NCBI GenBank assembly: GCA_946965045.2
Contig: OX337229.1
Coordinates: 4,154,001 to 4,218,000 of the forward strand
Direction of reading: 5' to 3'
From: Epithemia pelagica
Lineage: Eukaryota > Protista > Bacillariophyta
Length of the DNA stretch: 64,000 nucleotides
The notes under the pieces are model-generated. The model saw nothing but the letters and a program-made list of their open reading frames with translations, was not told where the DNA came from and ran no database searches. This document shows, piece after piece, positions 21,792 through 33,199 of the stretch; position 1 is the first letter of the stretch, and the number at the start of each line of letters is the position of its first letter. The translations under genes and the position numbers were made by a program.

Positions 21792-23081
21792 ATGACCATC
21801 ATGGATCATAATCATAGCGGAGCGAGCTCCATGAACAAAAATAATTGGCCGCTTGTACAAGCCAAAATCACGAATCGTTCCACCCTCTTGGATCCCTCTC
21901 CCAATGGTGGTCGGAAACGGACAAAGGAAACTAGAAAAATAACAGCAAGTTCGAATGCATCCCGAATAGCATTGAGTGGAAAACGACCCCAGCGTGAGCG
22001 AACGACGCGAGAGTTAGCTCTGGACTATTACCAGCGATTACTCCACCAATGTCGAAAGGCGTGGAACAAACAAATAAAGGCCATCAAAAATACGGAGAAA
22101 CTCAAGTACAACAGCAAGAAGAAAAAGAAGAAACAAACACATGAGGGGGAGAACGAACTAATCTCCGATGCAGCAAGGACGGGGACTGTTAAAGAAGACG
22201 GGTTGGATAAAGTTTACGAGGAGCTGAAAGACTTATCAGTCGATATGATTGTCGATGAGGCCATGCGACGGTTAGGGATTTTGTCGTTGAATCCATTGGA
22301 TAAAGAGGGTGGCATCGGAAACAAAGAGACTACATCAATCGAGGACGACGTGGCGAGTCCATCAAGTCGAGAACGACCGCCGCCGAGTGAATGTGGTGAC
22401 CAGTTGAATCAACCATTGCACATATCACGCAGTGAGAAACCGTCTCATGCAGTTTCCCCACTTCAGCGTACATGGATGGAAACTATATTGTCGCATACTC
22501 GCTTAGCAAAACTGTCCGACGAATGGAATGCAGAGATTACCAAATATCGCCAATGGTATATCGACCAGCAACTTAAGGAACATCATCGAGAAGCCCCTGT
22601 ATCAAGCGATTCGTTGTCTCGTCGTCGTAAGCGCCAGCGCAAGATTAGCGACCAGGAGAAGGAAGATAATGACCGTGACTTTTTGACACATGGACAAAGT
22701 TTGTTTTATCAGTTGGGGAGAAACGACGATGAAAATAACGATACGTCTCCCGATGAAGGCATTCTTGTTTCATCGAGTCGCAAGAAGCCAAATCGTCCAG
22801 GTCAAAGAGCTCGACGAAATCGTCGTGTAATGGAGGAGCAACAGCATCGAGAACTTCCACGTCATGTGAAAGATACAGACAGGAGAAAGGTGGAAGAACG
22901 GCCAACGACGAAACGCAACAAAAAGCATGCAGCACCTCTCTCACGAAATCAAACTAAAAGTATCATGGAAACCAGCAAGGAGGACACAACGATGCATCCT
23001 TCCTGGGAAGCACGCAAGGCAAAGCCCAAGGGCATTGTTCCCTTTCAAGGAACCCGAATCACCTTTGCTGATGACGAGTAA
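21792..23081 (+). CDS. BUD22: Bud22/SRFBP1 family ribosome biogenesis protein
   Basis: 429 aa. NRPGQRARR and the C-terminal MHPSWEARKAKPKGIVPFQGTRITFADDE are typical of the Bud22 domain. Confidence 0.8.
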   Translation: MTIMDHNHSGASSMNKNNWPLVQAKITNRSTLLDPSPNGGRKRTKETRKITASSNASRIALSGKRPQRERTTRELALDYYQRLLHQCRKAWNKQIKAIKNTEKLKYNSKKKKKKQTHEGENELISDAARTGTVKEDGLDKVYEELKDLSVDMIVDEAMRRLGILSLNPLDKEGGIGNKETTSIEDDVASPSSRERPPPSECGDQLNQPLHISRSEKPSHAVSPLQRTWMETILSHTRLAKLSDEWNAEITKYRQWYIDQQLKEHHREAPVSSDSLSRRRKRQRKISDQEKEDNDRDFLTHGQSLFYQLGRNDDENNDTSPDEGILVSSSRKKPNRPGQRARRNRRVMEEQQHRELPRHVKDTDRRKVEERPTTKRNKKHAAPLSRNQTKSIMETSKEDTTMHPSWEARKAKPKGIVPFQGTRITFADDE

Positions 23082-23403
23082 TCTAGCTACCCTCATTGTT
23101 TGTGTTTCCACAATGTCGATGTAATAGCACAAGAACAACAGAGCGGAAGATCAGTCAAATTTCACATTTCTCTGAAATCACGTGTTCTATGAGAACGGAT
23201 TTTCCTGTCTTCTGTACTATGAACACTGGAAGACGCATATCCGCAGGCTCTTCGATCTATGTGCATGGAAAGAGTAATACATTTTGACTTGCCATGTATG
23301 GCACATGGTGTCGCAGTATAGCATCTGAAAAAGCTGCTTCCCTTACATGCTTGGAAGACAGCTGAAGTTCTACCAATAATATATGAGAGTTATTAAAAGC
23401 ATT

Positions 23404-24464
23404 TTAAGATATTACACAATTGGCACTGCCATACTTTTCATTGGCCTTTTCAATTTGTTTCAAGCCACTGTCTGCATTAGCCCGGGAATCTTCCATTTGT
23501 GTTTCAATGGCATCCACCTGATCCTGCTGCGACGCTACAATGTGCGCCAAATCTTTGTAAATTTCATTCACTTGATGCATGCCGCGATTGATCGTGCGAA
23601 TTTCGTCCTCACGTTCACGCATAATTTGTTCATTCAATCTCTGAATGGATAAATGTTTCCAATTCAATACGATTCAATCATGATAATTTTGTGTGCGTGT
23701 CATCCATATTTGTCGTGTACGTTTTGTCATGAACAGTGTTTATTGATGAAAGCTTTTAAATGAGAGCAAAATGGACGAACATACTTCCACGCATTATTGT
23801 TACTTACATCTTCTTGCATCTGCATTTGCATTTGTTGCTGATATTGTTCGTAGGCCCCGCTTCCATTGACATTGAGTTGATTTTCATCGTTGACCGTAGT
23901 TTGCTGTTTCATCCGCGACACGATGGATGTGAGGGCATTGGCTTGTTTTTGAACCCGGTCAAAATCGCGCTCCAATTTGATCAGGGTTGTTTTAATGGCA
24001 GGATCCGACGATTTTTGCGTTCGTTCTCGATGTGAATGAAGCAAATTATGAACTTTTTCACCCAATTGTGTAATCACGTCAGCTTGAGCTTGGTATTGCA
24101 TTTCCAGCTCCTCCTTGTCGCGAAATGAGGTTTTTGCGGAGGCGGTTGTTAACGAGTGTACAATTTTTTCCAGTATCCCTACATTTCTCTGTTATTTTTC
24201 GTTTGTTGCGTTGAGTGAAACCAGTTGCATGGATGTAACGTAGGGAGTACTCATAAGTAAGTAAAAGACCAAGGAAGTGAAGTGTCTTTCAAATGACGCA
24301 GGAACGACAATACTGACCTGATATTGAAGCAGACTTTCACTAATTTGATTCAGTGCTCCTTGTCCCATGGCTACCGATGATGGTACGGATGAAGCTGATC
24401 GTGAGGAAGGAGGAGTCGACATGCTGGTCGATGACGATCGACTTCCAAAATCTTGAAATGACAT
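23404..24464 (-). CDS. Syntaxin (Qa-SNARE, syntaxin-7/Pep12-like) ending in CaaX; introns 24189-24317 and 23641-23807
   Basis: MSFQDF N-peptide, Habc helices (TTLIKLERDFDRVQKQ), SNARE motif REREDEIRTINRGMHQVNEIYKDLAHIVASQQDQVDAIE, ending CVIS-stop. GT-AG introns join the exons in frame. Confidence 0.85.
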
Positions 24465-25109
24465 TATTGAAATGTGACTCTTTTTCTTCTTGTTCGCACT
24501 GAAGATTCGTGATCAGGTGAGAGAATATCTCACTATTCCGCTTGGTGACAAAGGGGTGGAAGCGATAATCTGTAAGGAAACTGTACCAGAGCGGAGGCGA
24601 TGTGATGACTTGATTTAACTGAACAGTGGGAATTGCTCGAGAATTGAATGAAACAAAGAGCGACTGTAACAAGTAACGAGACGAGCCTGAAACTAGAGAT
24701 GGATATCTGGTGTAGAGGACGATCTGTTGCAAGAGGTTATCCACTCATAGAAAAGTATAGATGACGGAACAACGAATCAAAACAACTCCAACGAGAGAAA
24801 ATCTGAACACAATCGTGTTAATGTCCTCCTTTCTCGGTTGTTCCAACTTTCCACACAACAACACTCGCGTCTCGCGTCTTCAATTTCCATTTCCATGCGC
24901 TTGTTCCGCTTTCGTCGCGCTTCTCGGGAATGCCGGGCTGGCTCATTCACGCGCCGACCGACTTATGGCGGCCGTTTTTGTCGTTGGGAGATGCGCGAAG
25001 TTTTTGCGACCAGATAAAAAGCGATTTTCTGCTTTCGGACACTGCCAAAGATACCATTGTCCCCAGCCACAGAAAAAAGACAAGGCAGAAGAGAAGCGAA
25101 GAAATCACC

Positions 25110-25595
25110 ATGGCCACTCGAGGAATCACACAATTGACCCGACTGAGAATCTTTTACAGCGATTGGGGCGGATCTTCTCAAGGAGTCCGTGAGTTCATCG
25201 AAACGAAGCTCGTTGATTGGGCCACCGAGCATCCGGACACAAGGGTGGAAGTGGTGAAGCGGCATCGACGACATCCGGTAGTTGAAGGTGAATACTTGAC
25301 TTCGGGTTTGAAAATCGGAAATCGTCATCAGATTTGTGTGAAGAATATAAATGGCTTGGAAGTCAAAAAGACCTGTGATATACTGGCCAATCGAAGTGGA
25401 CGCAAAATTACCAAAATTGTCAAACCTGTCATCACAGATACACCAAGCATTCAGGGCATATGGACACCCTTTTTAAGCCTTCATCATGAACCAAACTTCC
25501 AGGTGTCGGTTGTGGAGCCGCCACCAGAGGCTGAAGAAGACGGAGAAGAATCCATTGAAACGGAATCCACCACCATGGTGGCCTCATCCGGGTAA
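25110..25595 (+). CDS. MRPL43: Mitochondrial ribosomal protein mL43
   Basis: MATRGITQLTRLRIFYSDWGGSSQGVREFI...HPVVEGEY...RSGRK...TPSIQGIW, the characteristic mL43/L51_S25_CI-B8 pattern. Confidence 0.88.
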   Translation: MATRGITQLTRLRIFYSDWGGSSQGVREFIETKLVDWATEHPDTRVEVVKRHRRHPVVEGEYLTSGLKIGNRHQICVKNINGLEVKKTCDILANRSGRKITKIVKPVITDTPSIQGIWTPFLSLHHEPNFQVSVVEPPPEAEEDGEESIETESTTMVASSG

Positions 25596-25888
25596 GATTG
25601 AAGACCATACCTCAGGACACCCTTTGTAATCCTTCATCATGAACAGAGCCTAAAGGCATCTGTTTCGGAGCCACTTGTTAGAAGCCGAACAATGACTGGA
25701 ACTGGAATCAACCAACAATCATCGTAGCCTCCCGCTTGACGACCCGACTGTTTGACGAATTGACTTAAATTTCAAAATTTTAACTTTATATGATTTTTAT
25801 TTCAAATATTTAAACATGAATGACCCTCCTAGTGGCACTTTTTGTCCGATTTCTTCATTATTTCCATTCGAGTTTTCGATCTATCACG

Positions 25889-27550
25889 ATGACATCGTTT
25901 AACGACAAGGTCTTAAAATGTATACCGAGCGAGTTCTTTATGATCAGCTCTTCGCAGGATAATCAGATTTCCAATGAGGCGTACAATACAGGTGGTAGGT
26001 TCTCTCTCTTGAGTCATTCTTCTTTCAACCAGGACATCGTCGTCAGAGATGGAGAGTCTGTCGGACTTGGTCGACTTTGACAGTGGAAACTGAAACTCGT
26101 ACATCCCAACGACATTGTCTTTCACTGACCCTCGTCTTTCTCTTTCTTGGACATGGACGTTACCACTTACCACGCACTTCTCCTGCTCCTCAAACGTGGA
26201 CTCTCCATCTCCACGTGCCCTGATGTGATCCTGTGTGGACAGGTTTTGAATTGCCCGATCCAGCGGGAAAATCAGGCGGGGCCTGTACGAGCGCCATCTT
26301 GGATGTCTTGTACAACCGAGGACACGAAGTTGGTAAAATGAGTTGGGTCAGTATTCTTAGTGATATGCAGGAAAAATTAAAGAAAATGGGGTTTGATCAA
26401 CAACCACAACTGTCCAGCAGTCGATGGTACGTGATAATGAAAAAAGCCTGTGTGAAGTTGAGCATTTATTTTCTGTTGCTAAGACAGAAGATGGTGATAT
26501 AAGGACACAGTATGGATAACGGTGGGGTTGCATGGAAGCGGTGTTATTGGATACAGTGTCTTTGTGCGAGCAAGGAGCTGTACCAAACAAGAGTTTATTG
26601 TCCTGTATGACCGGCGTTAGCAATTTCAAGTTGTTTCTCACACAGTCGCATGCCTCATCAACCTACAATGGGACAAACACTGTCAAAAATGATATGGTCG
26701 GGGTGTCTTTTGTCGCAATGATGCACAAAACATTATTACTACTCAACCTTACTCGACAATCGAAATCCACAGGATCGATATCAATCAGCCCATGTTTATC
26801 GTACCACCCAAAAGTGGTGTCCGTCGCGCCATGTTGGTGGGGGTCAATTATGTGGGGCAAAAGGGGGAATTGCGATCCTGCCACAATGACGTGGAGAATA
26901 TGAAGGATTATCTCATCAAGGCGCAGGGGTTTCGTGCCACTGAGATATTGGTACTCAAGGATGATGGACAGCATACCTCGCCGACTAAGGAGAACATCAT
27001 GAATGGCTTTATTCGGTTGACCCAATACAGCCAACCAGGAGATGTTGTATTTGTTAGTTTTTCGGGTCATGGGGGACGAGTGGTCGATGAGAGTGGCGAT
27101 GAGGAAGACGGCTTTGATGAGTCCATCATACCTGTTGACTTTCAAGATAACGGACAAATTATTGATGATGATATATTAGATATCTTTGTCAAACGAATGA
27201 AGGGCGGTGTGACATGTACAGTGGTAATGGATTGTTGTCATAGTGGATCCGTGTTGGATTTACCGTATTACTATTCCGCCAATGACAAGGGTGGCATGAA
27301 GATGGAAAAGAAGTTTGCTTTCGACCCTGCCGACAAAAAGAAAAAGGTTGTCTCCAAAGAGGGTGAGGTCTCTCGTGGAGGCAAATCCAAAAATCAACTA
27401 GAGGCCGAACGGATTGCGGCCGAGAAAAAGGCCAAAACACCCAAACGAACTGTCAATGAAAAGCCCATTACCAAATTGGCACCCCGCAAAGCCGACAGCA
27501 GTAAACAAGCACCTCCTCCACCACCTCCTCAACGATGTGTCATTCAATAA
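25889..27550 (+). CDS. Type III metacaspase (p10 N-terminal to p20); introns 25992-26242 and 26427-26772
   Basis: The spliced product has p10 motifs (MISSSQDNQISNEA, FELPDPAGKSGGACTS, QQPQLSSSR) before p20 motifs (RRAMLVGVNY, SCHND, FSGHGG, MDCCHSG). The C-terminal K/P-rich tail ends CVIQ. Confidence 0.88.
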
Positions 27551-28156
27551 CCCAGCATTTATGACGCCGGTCGTGGTACCTTGAATTGCACAAAGTGTGG
27601 AAGACAAGATCACCAACTTTCCGAATGTGCTTGCAATCCTAGACAGTAAAACGGTACGTAAAGGGTGAAGAGGAAGAGTGACGTTCACATACATGGCGGT
27701 GCTCGGTTTTACCATTATATACTGGTTTGTCTCAGATCCCACCGTCCCTCGCCGCCGATCAGCACCAAGCAAGAAATAGCAACCAATCAAATGGATGACT
27801 CACCGTACAGAAATCATGTCTATAGTGTTGTGATAACCTAGTTTGCTTGCAGTAGAATCTTCCCATACCATAGAGAGGTCCTTTCTTGGCTCGTCTGCAG
27901 ACCGAAAACAAAGGGATGCTAAACTATCAGGCCAGCCCTTGTTCTCCAGGACAGAACTACTCGTCGTGATTCAATCCATTTTTGAAACCTTAACCTTTGA
28001 GTAGAAGATGAGAATCTTGCTCTTTTGTCAAACCATCTGCCAATGGCACTTCCACATCCATCATCGATGGGTTCATGTGATTGCGATTGCTGACTAGGTA
28101 GCTCTTTGTCAAAGTCAAACATACGGCAAAAGTCGATCTTGCATCCTCCCTTCATC

Positions 28157-30349
28157 ATGTCCATCATGAATGTTAAACTTGGGAGGAGATGGATGACCAT
28201 GGTTCCGACCACCATAGAACAACGGACATGCATTCCTGCGGCACGTCTTGACAAGACGATGTCATGTGGACGCCGAGATTTTCGAAGTTCTTGTCGTGTG
28301 ATCAAAGCTCGTGGCTCAGTTGATGCTTCCTCCTACATTCCCTATGCCGAACGTCATGGCCATTCGGATCCGTCCTTGCGCAAGGCGGCCTTTCGAGACA
28401 GATTGGCCGAGGAACGATCCCATGCTTTCTTGGGTGGTGGACAGGCCCGAATCGACAAGCAACATGCACGAGGATCACTCACTGCACGAGAACGTTTGGA
28501 ATTGTTGTTTGATACCGGTTCCTTTCAAGAATTAGATGTCTTGAAATCACATCGATGTACGGAATTTGGCATGTCGAACCAGCGGTATCCAGGAGATGGC
28601 ATTGTCACGGGGCATGGAACCGTCAATGGTCGGACGGTCTACGCGTTTTCCCAAGATTTTACTGTCTTTGGGGGAAGTTTGTCGGAAACGCATGCCCAAA
28701 AGATGCTCAAGGTCATGGATATGGCCCTCCGTGTAGGAGCCCCCATTGTCGGCCTCAATGATTCAGGTGGCGCTCGTATTCAAGAAGGCGTCGATAGTTT
28801 GGCCGGCTATGCGGACGTCTTTCAACGCAATGTGGACGCCTCGGGTGTCATTCCTCAAATATCGGTGATTATGGGACCCTGTGCCGGTACGTACGTGCTT
28901 GTGTTGTGTAATCGGCGGGTGAACCACAGATTGGGCAAACAATCAGCGACGAAACAGGTTCGAGCTGTGTCTCGTCACTGCACGGTAACTCGCTTCTTTT
29001 TAGCTCTCATACATCTCTTCCATTTGCTATGCTCCTTCTTGAACGCTGTCTTTTCTGAACAACTCCGATTCGTGCCATTTTTTGTTTCTCTTTTGACATT
29101 TTGACGCGCATAAGGCGGTGCTGTATATAGTCCGGCCATGACAGATTTTATTTTCATGGTAGATCAAACCAGCTACATGTTCGTGACTGGCCCCGAAGTG
29201 GTCAAGACAGTGACCAACGAATCGGTTACCAAGGAGGAATTGGGTGGAGCATCCGTTCATACCACTATTAGTGGTGTCGCACAAGATTCCTTCCCCAATG
29301 ACGTGACGGCCCTTCGAGCCATCCGACGATTGCTGGACTTTCTACCCAGCAACAACAAAAAACCAGTGACACCCACCCAACAAAAGCCTCAAGGAGAAGG
29401 AGGCGATCCGGTTGATCGGTTGGTGCCGTCCTTGCAACGATTGGTCCCGGACGATCCTAATATGCCATACGACATGAAACATGTTATTCGGGAAGTGGTA
29501 GATTATGGAGACATGTTGGAACTCATGCCGGACATGGCTCAAAACATTGTTACAGCTTTTGGTCGTATGAATGGTCAAACGGTGGGTTTGGTGGGAAATA
29601 ATCCCAAAACCTTGGCGGGATGTTTGGATTTGAATGCCAGCACCAAGGCAGCACGTTTTGTCCGGTTTTGCGATGCTTTTCACATTCCTCTGGTAACCTT
29701 TGTCGATGTACCTGGGTTTTTGCCAGGGACGGGTCAAGAACACGGTGGTATCATTCGCCATGGATCGAAGCTCTTGTTTGCCTATGCCCAAGCAACTGTG
29801 CCGAAATTGACTGTCATTACTCGAAAAGCCTATGGTGGTGCCTACGATGTTATGGCCAGCAAACACTTGAGAGGAGATGTCAATTATGCCTGGCCTGGTG
29901 CTGAAGTTGCCGTTAGTGAGTGCTCATGAAACTGTGCTGGATGTGATTCTGTGCGTGTTGTGGTTTAAATGGTTCTTCGAAGGTGACCTGCTATGCGTCG
30001 CTGATCTTACTAACACGTTTACCGTGCCTTCTTTCATACTCCTTCTTCTTGGCGACATCGCTTCCAACACGACGTGTCTATAATAATTTTAGTGGGCGCC
30101 AAGGGAGCTGTGGAGATTTTATATGGACGTGGCGCGAAGGAGGGCACTGCACCAACGTTGGAGGATCGAACGTCGGAATATTCGGAACGCTTTGCAAATC
30201 CCATGGTGGTGGCGCAACGAGGCTTTATAGATGATATCTTGGATCCCCAAGATACCCGCCGTAGATTGTGCAATGATTTGAGCATGTTGCAAACGAAACA
30301 ATTGGATCATATTGTTCCTCCCAAGAAACATACCAACATGCCATTGTAG
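28157..30349 (+). CDS. PCCB: Propionyl-CoA carboxylase beta chain, mitochondrial; introns 28887-29114 and 29916-30092
   Basis: [46 protein letters not shown]|[27 protein letters not shown] and KKHTNMPL. Start codon uncertain. Confidence 0.93.
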
Positions 30350-30737
30350 ATGTCGTGCACACAACAAAAACTACTACAAGGCCTATGTTTAGAAATAAAA
30401 TAGTCATGAGAAAAGGAATCAGACTTGAACAAAAGCCATAAAAATACCGTCGACCTTCACAAGCATAGCGGAACTACAACACGACCAATCAACGGTTGTG
30501 CAAAAGAAATAAGTGCATAATGTTGTATTAACGAAACCAGACCGAAACTCCATGTTTGATTTCGTTCATTCGTTTCCCCCAAATCGCTTTTTGTAACGGT
30601 GCTAAATCCAATGATTCGCACGGTCACTTATGACCACGTTCATCTCAAGTCAGTCCCATGTATGTCAGAAGCACGAAGCAAAACACCAATCAAAATTCTG
30701 AACCAATCGTTCCATATGTCTTCTTTTGTTTGCCCTC

Positions 30738-32135
30738 TTATCCACTTTTTTCAGATGGCATATATGTTTCATCGTCGTCATCCTCTTCTGGGTGTCTGGG
30801 ACCGTTGAGTTCATCCATGAGGGATGCTCCTCCTGCGGTAGTGGAAGTAGGTTGATTCGCTGGTACTTTGACCGCCGGCCTCATGAGTCTTCCAATGGCT
30901 TGCAATTGTTGCCAGACCGATTCGGGTGTGCCAGAACAATCCAAATTGACAATGGGGACATGTTGTTCTCGCAACCATTCCATGGTCTGGGGATGATACT
31001 TGTGAAAGGTTCGCAATCGCTGCAAGGCAGTTTGAAAATTGTCATCGGGTCGTCGATCTTCTTCCGGTAAATCGGCACCACGTCCCAAAATGCGTTCCAA
31101 TAAGACTGTATCATCACAGACTAAATGCAGAGCAAGTTCTGGCTTGCCACACAGTGTCGTCAAATCATGAGCATTTTCCAAACTTCGTGGAAAGCCATCT
31201 AGCAAGACACGTTTTCCAGGATGATTGCGCATGTGTTGCTTCATCAGGGCCACCATAATCGCTGAACTCACTAACTTGCCTTGCGCAATAATATCCTGTA
31301 CTTGCTGTCCCAAGACTGAACCTCGCGCAACTTCCTCTCGAAGCAATTCGCCACTGGACAAGTGCACAGCATGACATTCCTCTTGCAATCGTTCACAGAG
31401 CACTCCCTTGCCAGAACCTGGACCGCCCACGACCAAAATAATGCGAGCCGGATTGCCACCCAAAAAGAAATTGGCATATTCCAAAAAGTCGTGCAAGCCA
31501 ATCAAACCATCCTGATCGGTATCGGCGACTTCAATCATTTTTTGCAATTGTGCTGTATCCTTGTATGTGGCTTCTTCTGCTCCAATGCCTTGCAGTAAGC
31601 TGCGAACATTTTGCAAATCCAAGGTGGGGACACCATTTCGTATTTCGGAATATTGGGCAAACAAATCAGCAGCCACCTCTCGTCGCGTTTGTTCATCGTC
31701 TTTTGTTTCTCCATTGTGACCAGCTGCAACAACGCTCATTCCACGACGGCCGACACTACTGAGAAAACACGTAGGCGTTGACCGAGTGGGCCCTTTAAAG
31801 GATGTCGTTGAATCAACAATCGATGAAAATGGTGTGTTCTGGCTGCTGCACGAAGGACGATAGTTTGACAATGTGGCGAGAGAGGACATACATCGACCAG
31901 CTTGTGTTTGTCGATGCAACAAGGCCCCTCCTTCTTGCCATCCTAGTCGCTTTCCAGTGGACACTCGTACTGTCGAGCAAGTTCTTGGCGATTGGGTCCT
32001 TCTTGCTGTTGTCGTCGTCGTCGTGAAGGAATGGGCCGCAAACTGTGGGATGGTGCTGATCGTTTGGACGGATCGCTTCCATTGTCTGGTGGTGGTGGCC
32101 GCCGCCGCTTCCATCAAACCCAACGAATTCATCAT
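30738..32135 (-). CDS. Adenylate/UMP-CMP kinase family protein with N-terminal EF-hand and probable mitochondrial presequence
   Basis: GGPGSGKG P-loop, HLSSGELLREE, LDGFPR and RPDDN motifs. Upstream ADTDQDGLIGLHDF EF-hand loop. R/S/T-rich N-terminus. Confidence 0.85.
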   Translation of the reverse strand: MMNSLGLMEAAAATTTRQWKRSVQTISTIPQFAAHSFTTTTTTARRTQSPRTCSTVRVSTGKRLGWQEGGALLHRQTQAGRCMSSLATLSNYRPSCSSQNTPFSSIVDSTTSFKGPTRSTPTCFLSSVGRRGMSVVAAGHNGETKDDEQTRREVAADLFAQYSEIRNGVPTLDLQNVRSLLQGIGAEEATYKDTAQLQKMIEVADTDQDGLIGLHDFLEYANFFLGGNPARIILVVGGPGSGKGVLCERLQEECHAVHLSSGELLREEVARGSVLGQQVQDIIAQGKLVSSAIMVALMKQHMRNHPGKRVLLDGFPRSLENAHDLTTLCGKPELALHLVCDDTVLLERILGRGADLPEEDRRPDDNFQTALQRLRTFHKYHPQTMEWLREQHVPIVNLDCSGTPESVWQQLQAIGRLMRPAVKVPANQPTSTTAGGASLMDELNGPRHPEEDDDDETYMPSEKSG

Positions 32136-32496
32136 GATCTGCGCAACAGGATGCTTTTGCCACCAAGTAAGGCGAACAAAGGAATCTCCACCTTCCAGAA
32201 ACCAATCGCGAAGTTATGGTATGGACTGGTGCAAGTTCAATTTGCATCGGCAATCGGCATCCCCGTTCCCGTTCTCCCCGTGTTTCGCGCGAGCCGCGCG
32301 CGATGGGCGGGTGTCTTTGCGTTCTGCTCAACGCAAGCGACCTCCTCTACGTCTGTCTGTCTACCGCTTTCGTTCAAAAAAAGATACCATCCCATCATCA
32401 TCGCCATTGTGTCGACCAAACTGGTTAACTTGATGGAGAACATCCCCATGTCCTCAAAGTCGATAAAGAATATCCCCAGCAAGGAAGAAAGGGAAT

Positions 32497-32976
32497 ATGC
32501 CGCCTCTTTTCTCTTTTCACAGCAACGCCTCCACTGTTCTCACGCGGTGCAATGGTCTTCAGATGATACTCTCTCAGTCCACCCATGCCTCGGCCTCCTA
32601 TTCTTCGGTGACGATGGCGGGCCGTCCAACCAACACAAGAACTCACCAGTATCAAGAAAGCATTCCTAAGGAGATGAGTCCTTGTACGAGTACGACGCGT
32701 CGTTGGATGCATTCGACACGAGCCTGTGCCATGCCACTCAAACCGGGCACGCCTATTCGTGGTTTGGATGTCTTCAAGGATCGAGATCCACCGGTGGCTA
32801 TGGAACGCCATGAGTATCCCGAATGGGTGGCCACCATTGGTGAACCTCTCGCTTCCATGTCGGAACTGGAACACAAGGACGAAAGCAAGGTGACAGAGGA
32901 TGAGGTACGACGGTACTTTAAACTCAAGAATCGCAGAGATATTCGGCAAGCCAATCTCTCGCGACCAAGGAAATGA
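32497..32976 (+). CDS. MRPL54: Mitochondrial ribosomal protein mL54 (L37 family)
   Basis: GLDVFKDRDPPVAMERHEYPEWV...RRYFKLKNRRDIRQANL resembles the Ribosomal_L37/mL54 motif. Presequence-like N-terminus. Confidence 0.75.
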   Translation: MPPLFSFHSNASTVLTRCNGLQMILSQSTHASASYSSVTMAGRPTNTRTHQYQESIPKEMSPCTSTTRRWMHSTRACAMPLKPGTPIRGLDVFKDRDPPVAMERHEYPEWVATIGEPLASMSELEHKDESKVTEDEVRRYFKLKNRRDIRQANLSRPRK

Positions 32977-33199
32977 GGGCCGTTGAAAGGGAAAGGTGAA
33001 AAAATAGCAATTGATCTGGTAGTGGTGCTTGAAAATCAAATTAATGGTTAGTGTCTGTGTTGATGAAGTGTAAGAACCATAATAGCCGCACATTTATTTT
33101 CCTACCCCAAGAAGTTATAAGGTCTTTTAGCGCGGAACCAACTAGATTTTCGTCAGTGTAGACTCATGAACCAAAAATCAAACGCAACGATAGCATCTG

